64,000 bases of DNA from Schizochytrium sp. TIO01 (taxonomy: Eukaryota; Protista; Bigyra: Labyrinthulomycetes): contig SMSO01000014.1 of NCBI GenBank assembly GCA_004764695.1, positions 1,173,648-1,237,647 on the forward strand. The letters run 5' to 3'. Every line of letters starts with the position of its first letter. The first letter of the stretch is position 1. The notes under the pieces are model-generated. The model did not search any database, was not told the origin of the DNA, and worked only from the letters and a program-made list of their open reading frames with translations. The position numbers and the translations under genes were made by a program. Positions 45,810 to 56,244 of the stretch are shown in pieces.

Positions 45810-46682
45810 GACTGTATAAGATTCTCGATGGTTCGCGACGGATTTACACGGGGACTTTAGTTCTACCTGCTGTAGAATCCAAAGTTTATCGCAAAGTTCT
45901 AACTTCAAAGCTATATTTTTTGGGTGGGGGAGGATAGATAATGCAATTATATAAAAATTTAATTTTGTAAATATATACATACAGGAATATAGCTTTAAAA
46001 AAATGAATATATTTTTTATAATTTTAGAAGAAACAAATTATTATTTTTATTTTTAAAACTCGTAGGTTCCTACCTTTTTATTTTTTTTGGAACTGAAGTT
46101 CTTCACTTACCACTCTCACTGGTCAGATGTAACAAGTTAAAATCTGTCAGGTTTGGGTTGGGTATAAACTCAAGCCAAAGCAATCACTCATGGTCACCCA
46201 CCGTGACACATAGGATTAGTAATCATTCGGTACTTATTTAGATACTTCTTTGAAAAAGAAAAAGAAATCATAAAATGCGTAAAAACCATACAGCTGGCTT
46301 CTTCAATTTGCACATCATCTACAGTATGAGGTTGTCAAAGTTGCCATTAAAAAATATAATAGCAGGCCAGGCTAGACAATGTTTTCGTCAAAGAATATGT
46401 GCCGCTTGGTAAATGAATGACTTAAATTGTACATTTTCATATTTTATTTTGGAGTATTGGTAGAAACTATCAGCAGTATGAATGAACATGTATCCGGGTT
46501 GAAGTGATATTTCTGTCGAGGTCTATGAGAATTGCAGCAAACCTTAATCATAATGTTCTTCTTTCTATATTGTTTTCTGAATTGAACAGGAGCATGAAAC
46601 CAGAGGCATAACGTGCAATACATCGTATTCTCAGGCTCTATACAGTGAAAGGTTTTCGAGTCGCAGCGTCATATAGCTTAGC

Positions 46683-47405
46683 TCAGGCAGCTGTCAAGCG
46701 GTAAACGATGAAAAGAAAGACCACTGTGGCAAGCATACCACCGTAGACTAGGAGAGCATCGCCTTTCTCGCGACGGTCAATAACACGAAGAAGTGAGTCC
46801 GAAATACCTAAAGTTTCCGCAATACCCTGCAGCTTCGAGTGTGCCCCCACAAGTTTGCTGCGTTGCTGTTGGAGGTTATCAATTACACTATATCCAATAT
46901 TGATAGTTTGGTCCACCAGGTTGTGTGAATTGTTCAAAGAATCTCTCTCCTGATGATAATCTCCAATCAGATTAAGAACTCCATCAGCATCATTGCCGCG
47001 GTTTCCAAAAAGCTGTTCACGCTGTTGTTGGTGATAAGAAAGTCTGTCGTGGCGCTGCTTTTTGCTGTCGAAGTGCGAACGGAATTCCGAAAGCCGCTGT
47101 TTGTATGCATTAAGGCGCTTGCCCATGATTGTCCTCTGTTGCTGGTCACGTTCAAGTTCAAGAAGATTAGCCATCTGATCGAGAACTTTTGTGAAATCTT
47201 GAAGCTTTCGTTCAATTGCATCAAAACTTTCTTCATCACGCTTGGGAGCGCTTTGGGTTTCGTTGCGCACCTCGGGATGTAAGAGCGCCTCCAGCTCAAA
47301 CTGCATCCGTGTTGCGTCTATGTTGAGGCTACTCAAGCTTGCGGCGGCAGGACGCGCGCGGAGAGCGGCAGTGCCAGTGGCCACGCCCGCTCCTGTGGCC
47401 CTCAT
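46683..47405 (-). CDS. GOSR2: Membrin/Bos1-type Qb SNARE
   Basis: 240 aa. REQLF, then QQRSKLVGAHSKL..TLGISDSLLRVIDRREKGD, then a C-terminal TM helix. Confidence 0.88.
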   Translation of the reverse strand: MRATGAGVATGTAALRARPAAASLSSLNIDATRMQFELEALLHPEVRNETQSAPKRDEESFDAIERKLQDFTKVLDQMANLLELERDQQQRTIMGKRLNAYKQRLSEFRSHFDSKKQRHDRLSYHQQQREQLFGNRGNDADGVLNLIGDYHQERDSLNNSHNLVDQTINIGYSVIDNLQQQRSKLVGAHSKLQGIAETLGISDSLLRVIDRREKGDALLVYGGMLATVVFLFIVYRLTAA

Positions 47406-48740
47406 TTCGTAAGAGATATTTGATGAACCACAGGACGAGCTTGATGCACTGATGTGCGATGAGGTTTGAGCTTTGTCAACTCATGACGAAGCCAACTCAG
47501 CTTTACCCTAAAGAGTAATAAGGCCTAGGCCCTACTAATATAATAAATATTTTATTTCCTGGGTTTGCCATTGTTCTATTATTTTTAACTTACCGTGACA
47601 TTTTTGGCTTTCTCGAGTAGAGATCTCTTCAGTGCCTACTTTCATTCCTGCGCTTACTCCTACTAATTGCTTGCCTGCGTCTGATGTTTCGTAAAATGCC
47701 AATAGCGAGTTGAACTTGGAGGCTTGAAGAGTTATAGGTAGTAGTACCCAAGATGCCTACCATTTACCATAGCACCTTCCTAGGTAGAGGAACTAAAAAA
47801 AAGCACAACCGCCGCCTGTAAAGTACGAAGAGGCAAGTTTGGCCGTGTTTTTGCTACTTTGCCCAAAATACCAATTTTTACTATTTGGATGTTGATACTA
47901 GTTTGTCATTGTATCGCGGAGCTTGACGTCTTGCCCCAACGATATCTCTGAGTGCCCAAAGCCCTCTAGGCTTTCTCCAATAGCGGGCATTTCACGCATG
48001 TTCACTGTCAGTGGACAGGGAAAGGAAAGCCTCAATTGCAAACAGGCCACGGCTGGTTTACTACCGCAAAGACGCTCTGTGAATGCGCCTCGAGCAAGTT
48101 CTTGCGAGACCACATATAACTATGAGGTCTAGCAACTTCTATACGCCATGGCATAGGCCTTCTCTATAGTAGCTATTAGTAGCGAAAGATGAGAGCGAGT
48201 CGCTCAAAAACATAGCGAAAGAGGTATGAATATCAGGCAGTAGGAGTGGCTAACTGGAGGTTAGTGAGTGCGAATGAAGGGAAGGAAAGAAGCCCTCGAA
48301 TTGAGAACAGTATTCGAGCGTTTGCTCCGCTGAAGAGCCCTCTCTGGGCAGACTCAGCTCAGGCCGGTCTGCTTGAGCTGCTCCTTAGATGCTGCCTTTG
48401 CTGGTTTTGATTCCTTCGATTTCAGGAGTGGTGGAGACATACATCTAGACAGCGATGCGATGATAACCTTCTAAAATAATAGAATGGCTCATTCGCCTTT
48501 AGCTCGCAGTAGTACTTGCTTAGTTGGTTAGGTAGCAATTGAAAAGATGATGGATAATGAAGTGATAGAACGTGATAAGTCTAATGAATTAATGATTGAT
48601 TGATAAGAAGGTGTGATATGATAATAATGATTGATGATGAATGATTATCATCAATCTAATCAATCAGTCTACGATTGTCGTCGTTGGTGCTCGGGTAGTC
48701 GACCTGGGATCGCTAGAGAAGCTCAATCGTTTGCGCTGCG

Positions 48741-51700
48741 ATGGCACATCTGGGCCGCGGCCCGCACGCTCAGGGCGACGAGGCCTTCCAACGGCTGGAG
48801 CACCTCCTCGGGTTGATCAATGACGACACCAACCTGCCGGAGTCGCCAGATCGCCGTGCCAACCTCGTTAGGAACAGAATCGACACCAATGCTCGAGACG
48901 AGGATGACTCGATGCTGGAAGGTATGATTGAAGAAACACTCGGCACGCACCGCGTCATGAGGGAGTATCGCCAGCCTGAGACCATCCCTAATATGTCTGT
49001 GTATGATGTGGAAAATGAGGAGGACTTTGCCATTGTTGAGCACCAGGAGAACATGTTTGAGGAGGAAGATCTTGACATGGGAATAACGCTTCAAATGCCT
49101 AGGGGAGGTAGTGTGGTGCCACCTTTGGGTCTTAGACATCGCACGCAGGTCGAGGCAGCCCTACGAATCATCGATGAGAATGTAGCCCTGACCGAATTTT
49201 TGCACAGGGAGGATATCCAGCAACCAAATGATACCATGGAAGATGTCGATGATAACGCCGCAGATACCGTTTATGGAAACCGCGAAACTCTGCTGCAAAA
49301 TCACCTTTTTTGGTTTGGGCGTACTGGTAGCCTTGGATCACAGGCCGCGACACAAAGAGTGTCGGTACGTAGCACGTTTGAGGGGCAGCAGAGGCTTGAC
49401 CGCGAAATGCTATTGCGCCAAGTGCAAGAGCGCGACACCTGGCTGCTCATGTACATGCTGACAAGCGGGAAGAACCTTGCGTCCATAAGTGATATGGAAA
49501 GTGAAGGATACAATTTCGAGTCAGCTCTCATGGCTAACTACGCAAATGACGACGAGTTTCAGCGCTGGGACGTCATCTGCCGCTGGATGCAGCTTGTCTG
49601 GTGCACTGATAAGCGACTATCGCTCGCAGAAAACGGAGTGCGTGGTAAATACCGCCCCAGCACTGTTCACTCTTTGAAAACTCCTAGCAACTATATAAGA
49701 ACGACAACATCCAACCTTGTCGAACGCGCGGACCCAGATGCAGACATTCGCAGTAACGACCGAGTTGAGGACTGTCGATTCCATGCCGATGATGTGGATG
49801 ATCAAATTTTGCTTCTTGAGCAGATTTGGAGCTTGATTCGCTCTGGTGCTCTTTACACAAGTAGCCAAAGTGTTGGCGAAAGGCTCGACGATTTTTGTTT
49901 GCCTGCTAAAGAGCAAAAGTTGAATGACCTCGTTGAACGAGCTTGCTTCGAACATGGGGAGCCTTGGCGCATGGCTTCCCTTTCTGGAGGTGCTATTCTT
50001 AGCACTGAGCAATTGCGCGAGGACGATACTCCCCATCTTGTCGGTAACCCATATCGCTCCGTATGGAAGGAAACTTGCGTCAAGCTTTCCGAGAAAATGC
50101 ATAATGTCTCTAGAAATGTGGCTGAGTCATCGGAGGCTCAAGCTTACGCTGCTCTTTTAGAATCTTCAATTTATGCCATTCTAGGTGGCAACGTTCAGTC
50201 TGTACTTAACTCAGAACTATTCTCTCAATGGCGTGTGCATTGCTGGGCCGTTTTCCGTAGTAAGGTACAAGCTAAGGTAGATCAATTCTGTATCAACCAC
50301 AGATCATTTCTCGAGGACCAATACGGCCATATGCGTGGCCCGCGTAGGAGCAATGATTCACCAGAAAACCACGTATATAGACGTGCTGAGCTTACTATGA
50401 ACACTTCAGAGGAAGCTGTGTTTGACGAAATTGCTGGGAAAGTCAATGAGGATGAAACCTTCTTTTTTACAATTCAGCGTGCCTTGATTGAGGGTCGTTT
50501 TCACAATTTGTTCCAAAGCGAGTTTGAACAGAGTGGCATGGATCTTTGCGAATACCTATGCGGTTCAGCATTGAACGATGCTGTTGAGAATTTTTATGAT
50601 GAAGTCATTGGCAACACAGAGTTGCGGCAGCGGGCTGATGCTACTGCGAGGAGTAGGTCAAGTTTGCGAGATGCTACCGTTTCGCCTACACCATCTGCAG
50701 AAGGTGAATGCTGGAGGCTAAAACATCGTAGCGAAGCTGCGCAGATGTTGCGATTTACAACTCACGCAACTCTTTTTATGGTATACTCAGCATCACCATT
50801 CTGTGTTGTGAAGGAGGAGCGCAAGGTACTCCCAAAGGTTTCTGAAGCGCTTGTTCTTGCGTACATTAAGTACCTTCTGGGTGATGGTACCAATGCTGTT
50901 CAGCGTCTAATGACCATCCCCGTATTCTACCCTTCCTTTGTGACAAATCCTTCCAAGCTGAAGGTTGTTGTGCATTCTGCTCTTATGGAAACTGCTGCTG
51001 GTCTTCCTATTGACCAACGTATGTCAATCATGCAGGCTTGGACTGACACCATCAAACCATTTCACATCATTGCTCAAGCAGCGCGGCAAGCTTATCGAAA
51101 CATACGTATGCGCTGGCTGAGCCTCTCGCACGCTCCGCAATTTATTCGTGAACCTGCAGTAAGGAACTCCGTTGATCGTTTTACTAACTCTGAGGAAAAT
51201 ACATCCAATGGTGACGTCGACCCACGCATTCGCATCCGTGAGACATGGTGGTGGCTTGCAATGCACCCTAAATCTCGAGGCGAAGCCTTTGTACAGGCCA
51301 ATGCATTTATTCGCGATTTAATTTTTGCGTGGGCTTCAAGCGACCAGGGTGGCTACGAGAACGTTATGGTGGCCTTCAATTTTTACAATGAGGATGTGGT
51401 TCCACTCCTTTCTCACAATTTGGACAGGGCACGTGAAGATATTATTCATGAGGAGGAGGATGCTCCTACCCTTACCATGTCACCAATCAGCACTGATGCC
51501 GTGGTCACTGAGCGAGAGCACCTTGGTCTCTTTCTCGATTTGTCAATGATGATTTGGGAGTGGAAAAATGGTATTGCACGAATCGAAGCTGAGCATGGAT
51601 TGCACCCGACCCTACCCAACGAGGATATGACGGAAATCCTCTATCGGGCTAACGACATCTCTGATCGCATTGAAATTCTCCTGAGCCAGCATCATGGTTG

Positions 51701-52103
51701 GTTGCCTTTTGAGCCTAATGCAGCAAGACCGTTGTGGCCGGAGGAAGGCGAACGTGTTGAGGTTGTAGAGCAAGATGAAGAAATCACTCAGGAGCTTGAG
51801 CTACGCGCTTTCTTGTATGGAACCAGTCGTGATGGTCCTGGCGCCTTGCGCAAATTGGTCATCCCATTTATTATTGAGCGTTACATGGATGTATGCAATA
51901 CGGCTGCCCGCTACTCTGAACTGGCCGACAACTCACAAGTGGCTCTGGATTTCTACCAAAAACAAGTTAGAATTGTGAATCTGATTGCCAAGGAGAATCT
52001 GCGCATTTCAGTATGCTATGAGCTGCCTATGCTTCGCGATCTCCTCGAGCGTGTTCGCAGGGCAGCAAATAATCTTGTTCGTATTGAAGATTCTTTACAC
52101 TAG
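48741..52103 (+). CDS. NUP107: Nuclear pore complex protein Nup107/Nup84
   Basis: ERDTWLL, ADPDADIR, DDQILLLEQIWSLIRSG, GEPWRMASLSGG, GNPYRSVWK, ESSIYAILGGN, WRVHCWA. Confidence 0.9.
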   Translation: MAHLGRGPHAQGDEAFQRLEHLLGLINDDTNLPESPDRRANLVRNRIDTNARDEDDSMLEGMIEETLGTHRVMREYRQPETIPNMSVYDVENEEDFAIVEHQENMFEEEDLDMGITLQMPRGGSVVPPLGLRHRTQVEAALRIIDENVALTEFLHREDIQQPNDTMEDVDDNAADTVYGNRETLLQNHLFWFGRTGSLGSQAATQRVSVRSTFEGQQRLDREMLLRQVQERDTWLLMYMLTSGKNLASISDMESEGYNFESALMANYANDDEFQRWDVICRWMQLVWCTDKRLSLAENGVRGKYRPSTVHSLKTPSNYIRTTTSNLVERADPDADIRSNDRVEDCRFHADDVDDQILLLEQIWSLIRSGALYTSSQSVGERLDDFCLPAKEQKLNDLVERACFEHGEPWRMASLSGGAILSTEQLREDDTPHLVGNPYRSVWKETCVKLSEKMHNVSRNVAESSEAQAYAALLESSIYAILGGNVQSVLNSELFSQWRVHCWAVFRSKVQAKVDQFCINHRSFLEDQYGHMRGPRRSNDSPENHVYRRAELTMNTSEEAVFDEIAGKVNEDETFFFTIQRALIEGRFHNLFQSEFEQSGMDLCEYLCGSALNDAVENFYDEVIGNTELRQRADATARSRSSLRDATVSPTPSAEGECWRLKHRSEAAQMLRFTTHATLFMVYSASPFCVVKEERKVLPKVSEALVLAYIKYLLGDGTNAVQRLMTIPVFYPSFVTNPSKLKVVVHSALMETAAGLPIDQRMSIMQAWTDTIKPFHIIAQAARQAYRNIRMRWLSLSHAPQFIREPAVRNSVDRFTNSEENTSNGDVDPRIRIRETWWWLAMHPKSRGEAFVQANAFIRDLIFAWASSDQGGYENVMVAFNFYNEDVVPLLSHNLDRAREDIIHEEEDAPTLTMSPISTDAVVTEREHLGLFLDLSMMIWEWKNGIARIEAEHGLHPTLPNEDMTEILYRANDISDRIEILLSQHHGWLPFEPNAARPLWPEEGERVEVVEQDEEITQELELRAFLYGTSRDGPGALRKLVIPFIIERYMDVCNTAARYSELADNSQVALDFYQKQVRIVNLIAKENLRISVCYELPMLRDLLERVRRAANNLVRIEDSLH

Positions 52104-52749
52104 AATAAAATATCTGTATTTGTGTATCTCTGTTGATGCCCAATACAGCAGAATCCATATCAAATTTGCATCTAGTATAATGATTTGCTTTAAGAAATTG
52201 ACTCTTCTAACATTCTTGGTGCATTAACTTGTGCATTTTCTTGTACTCGAAAGAAGGCAAGGCTGTGACGACTGTTTGTGACCCCAAGTTCATTTGATTA
52301 ACTTGTGCAAATCTGTTATGCAAAACGACTGGGCTGCAGTGATAATTTTCACCTTCAGGTCCTGACTGTCGGTCCAGCCTGGTGCTTTCATGAATCAAAC
52401 CGTACACAGTCCACAAATATGTCAATATTTTAAGTGTACAAGGGCAAAAGTAAAAAAAAAAAATTTAAAAAAATATCATGGTACTAAGTACTGAACAAGC
52501 GTCTAATATTTTCATGAACAATTCTCTTAATTTTTTAGAGGATAAGGTTTCATCTCATTTTATGATTCTTTTTTGTTTTGCTTTTTTTTTTTTCAAAGAA
52601 AAGCGGAGGATTCTCTAAGATCTTACAAATCTTAAGAGCGAATTTGAGATAGGTAGAATGTCACCAGAATTGTGTTCGACGAAATGAGACCAAACAAAGA
52701 CAACCTCTATCTACATTGGGGGGGAAGGCTACATCATACGTATTTTAGC

Positions 52750-54966
52750 CTAGTCCATACCTTCGAAGTAAGTATCCTCCATGTCTACATTCAATGGGTG
52801 ATCGTCATTACCATGAAGGCTCTTCAAGATTTCCTGACGTGTCAGTCGATTTACGAAATGATTTGTCGGCGAAGTTATTTCTGTTGAGTTATTCTCGCGG
52901 TCTGTCTCATCACTGTCACATTTAAATCCATCTTGGTGCAACGTCTTTGACGGCATAGGGTTTTTCTGTGGCGTGGGATAGGGTTTGTTTGCATCGTCTT
53001 GGAAATCTATACAAACCTGATTCTCTTCATCTCTGAAAGTGTCTTCATCATCGCTGTCCTGAAAATCCAGAAAAGATGGCAGTTGTGCAGGAGCTTGCAC
53101 TTTGATAGTAGGCATTGGCCGCCCCATGACTTCTGTAGATCCAAAGGAAGCATCACTAGGTGGGTCAAGTACTAACACATGCTCATTTTGAGTCTCTTGG
53201 TACTTTGAGGCGTCAACATTTGAGCCCACCACAACCAATGCTGGCTTCATAGCTCGTGTTTGCTTTTTAGCTTTGGCAAAGGCTTTTCGACATGCATCAG
53301 CGTCTAAGGTATGGCCAGATTTTGAGTTGTACAGAATTGCTGCAGCTGAAAAATCAAAGAGTGATTTGCGCACAGCCTCTTCCAAAGTATCAAAGTCAAC
53401 TTCGATTTCATCACTTTCCTTTAACTGAGAGGATGTAGTATTCTCACTTTGGTTCTTGGTAGCAACCCCCTCAGTTAAATTGTTAGCATTTCTTTGAGGA
53501 GCAATTTGGAAGTTATCCTTATTAGCTTCGGTGATATATGTTTCTGGGGGAATTTCGGCTGAGAAGATATTTGTGTTGCGCTCAGAATCCACTGGAATGC
53601 TTTTCCTGGCGTAGTGCAATTTCAGACTTTCTTTTATACGATTTTGCGAGGAAAGATCAGACTCTGGCATCTCCTCAGTTTCTGGATTCTCGGCCTCTTC
53701 GGAGGTATGTTCGTCCCCCCATTCTGTGCTACCAATATCCAAACTTGAGTTCTTTTCAGAATCAAGGATTAGTGAGTTCGATGTAGCAGTCTCGACATCG
53801 GCGTTGACCCCCTGTTTGCCAGACTGTTCAACTGCCGAGGCCTCAGCCACTGGAGGAACTGGCGCTGATGTATCGTCCTGCACTTGGTAATTCCCTGTCT
53901 CAAACGTAGATCCATTTCGCTTTGCAGTTTCTGCAGCGAAATGGATGCCCATCATTTGAATACCATGATCCAAAACAGATTGCCTTTCTGCCTCTGCTTC
54001 TGCTAGCGCAAGTTCTCGCCTCCGCGCCTGACGGTCAGCCTCCTCCGCAGGGTCTACAGAACGATACGAAACGTAGGATTTTGGCTGAGGTACAGGCTCG
54101 CCAGCAGCAAAAGCAGCGGCAATCTTTTGCTCGCGCTCTGCGTTTGCACGTTCGCGAAATGCCTTCCATGAAGCAACATGCGATTTTGTCTGTTCTACTT
54201 CCATGGACTTCCACTGCTCACGGGCAATATCCTCTGCATTCTTGCCTCCGGTAGACCAAGCCTTGGCCAAAATTCGCTCTTTCTCGTCCACTGGACGTTC
54301 GTCCAGATAAGTAAGACGGTCAAAATGCGAAACAATAACTTTTCGATAATGCTTCATGCTACGAACGCACGGGTTACCTTGAAGATAAACAGCTGCAATA
54401 GCAGAGAGCTGAGATAGAATATCAATAAGAGCCTCGCCATCCTCAATGAAGTTACCACGAAGATCTACACTAACTAATTTCGTGCAACTCGTGAGTTCCT
54501 CAACTGCTGTTGACGACGAAAAGCGGTTTTTAGAGGCATTCAGTGTCTGGAGTGACTCGAGGCAAGCAATTCCAGATAAGTCCTCCAGCAGGTTACTACT
54601 AATATCCAGTGTAACAAGACACGAGAGCCCTTCAAATGACGGAGGTACAACCGACCTAATGAGGTTCTGTTGCAAATATAGACAACGAAGCTCGGTAAGA
54701 TGGTTGAGATTCTTTACTTCAGTCAGCCCATTGGATTCTAGGTATAGGCATTTGAGACCTGTGTATTTCTCAAGCCCTCCAATCTCTTTGAACCCCTGGA
54801 AGTGAAGATAGAGCTTGTCATTTATTTCCTCGCACTCGTAACCTTGATTTTTAAGACATAGCGAACGAATTGTGGCTGGTGTCATCAAAGGTACTCCATT
54901 CTGGTCGGTTTCCACCCGGCCTTGGGATTTTTGCGTTAGCCATGACGCCATGCGATCCGACAACAT
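52750..54966 (-). CDS. DNAAF1: Dynein axonemal assembly factor 1 (LRRC50/ODA7)
   Basis: NDKLYLHFQGF..LEKYTGLKCLYLESNGL LRRs, GNPCVR..YRK..LTYLDERPV..ERILAKAW..GG, then a long disordered tail. Confidence 0.92.
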   Translation of the reverse strand: MLSDRMASWLTQKSQGRVETDQNGVPLMTPATIRSLCLKNQGYECEEINDKLYLHFQGFKEIGGLEKYTGLKCLYLESNGLTEVKNLNHLTELRCLYLQQNLIRSVVPPSFEGLSCLVTLDISSNLLEDLSGIACLESLQTLNASKNRFSSSTAVEELTSCTKLVSVDLRGNFIEDGEALIDILSQLSAIAAVYLQGNPCVRSMKHYRKVIVSHFDRLTYLDERPVDEKERILAKAWSTGGKNAEDIAREQWKSMEVEQTKSHVASWKAFRERANAEREQKIAAAFAAGEPVPQPKSYVSYRSVDPAEEADRQARRRELALAEAEAERQSVLDHGIQMMGIHFAAETAKRNGSTFETGNYQVQDDTSAPVPPVAEASAVEQSGKQGVNADVETATSNSLILDSEKNSSLDIGSTEWGDEHTSEEAENPETEEMPESDLSSQNRIKESLKLHYARKSIPVDSERNTNIFSAEIPPETYITEANKDNFQIAPQRNANNLTEGVATKNQSENTTSSQLKESDEIEVDFDTLEEAVRKSLFDFSAAAILYNSKSGHTLDADACRKAFAKAKKQTRAMKPALVVVGSNVDASKYQETQNEHVLVLDPPSDASFGSTEVMGRPMPTIKVQAPAQLPSFLDFQDSDDEDTFRDEENQVCIDFQDDANKPYPTPQKNPMPSKTLHQDGFKCDSDETDRENNSTEITSPTNHFVNRLTRQEILKSLHGNDDHPLNVDMEDTYFEGMD

Positions 54967-56244
54967 CCTGGTATACGACTGCAGCCTTTTGTTCCCCCTC
55001 TTCTGCTCGCGTGGTCTTTCCGTGGTAATGAACGATAGCCTGTGCGTTTGCCGACAAGCGAAATTAAAGCTGTCAAAGTCTGTTGCAGTTCTTTCAGAAT
55101 GGGATACCGTTGATTAGACGTTTGTTATTATTACCTTAACAACACGGGCAGTAACAAGCGTGTCCCATTCGGCCCCAAACGTTCATATAATTTGAACCAC
55201 TTTAGAGAGATAGACCTTTAAAAGTAAAATGGTAAAATGCCTAGTTTCTGAAATATAAGTAGCTATCTATCTCAACGGATAGCTTGCTTTTCTTCTTCTG
55301 CACGTGCGCCAGCTTATGTACCTTTTAACCCTCCTTCTTAGATTTAGAGGCTGATGGCGGAAAGACGAGGATATGAAACCATTTGAAGGATAGAACTATT
55401 TGTCTACTTGCTTCTTCAGTTAAGCTAAGGCTTTTTACTCATCATTGGCAATCTTGATCTTATTTGTTAAACTCGGTGCATTTCCGACACTTGGCAAAGA
55501 CTGTTGTTCGTATTTTCGTTTCAAATATTCAATTCCAGAGAGCTGTTGAGTGTAAATTTATAATGAAAATTAAGGAACTTTTGCTGCCTCTCGCTTACAG
55601 TTAGTTCATAATTTGTGTATAGAACACCCCTAGCACACACTGACAGCATATTTGCAATTCTCACCGCATATGCCAACCGTCTCAACTTTCAATTAATCTG
55701 AGAGTCATAAGAGAGGCAGCCATACAGAAAGACACACTCTCACGAAAACTATTTACATTTGTAGTGAGTATTGTCTCTAAGCCGCAGTGTATCCGGATCT
55801 GGCTACAGCGGCAACTATTTAAACTTCCACAGCTTTCGACACAGACAAGAAGGTTCGTCGTTGGCGTGTTGGCGTGAGCTGGGCATCGACCGTATAGGAC
55901 AGTAGTTCTCCTCGAAGTATTGCACATTCTTGATTACGCCAGTGCCATTTTCCTCTGTAGTCTCCGCTGCGGGTTCATCGTTCTCTAGACAGTTTGCAGG
56001 TAGCAAACCTTGCCCATCCGGTGCACCTTCAGGTTTTATTGATTCGTTTGCTGCATTGTTCGTTCATTACGACAGCGCAGTGAACCCAAATCAGATCATC
56101 TAAAAAAGTTTCCTTTATGAGTTTTGGATAAAAATCAGAAAACACTACTTCTGATTGCGTCAAGTTTTTATTGCACGCGTGTAGGCGCCGTGCAAAATAG
56201 TTTGACTTCTTATTATCTTTTCACTATTACCTTTCACCAAGAGG

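Noticed and set aside
45810-45980. 57-codon N-terminal extension of the 878-aa ORF
   Set aside because: It is AT-rich and spacer-like. MQREF at 45809 is the more plausible start.
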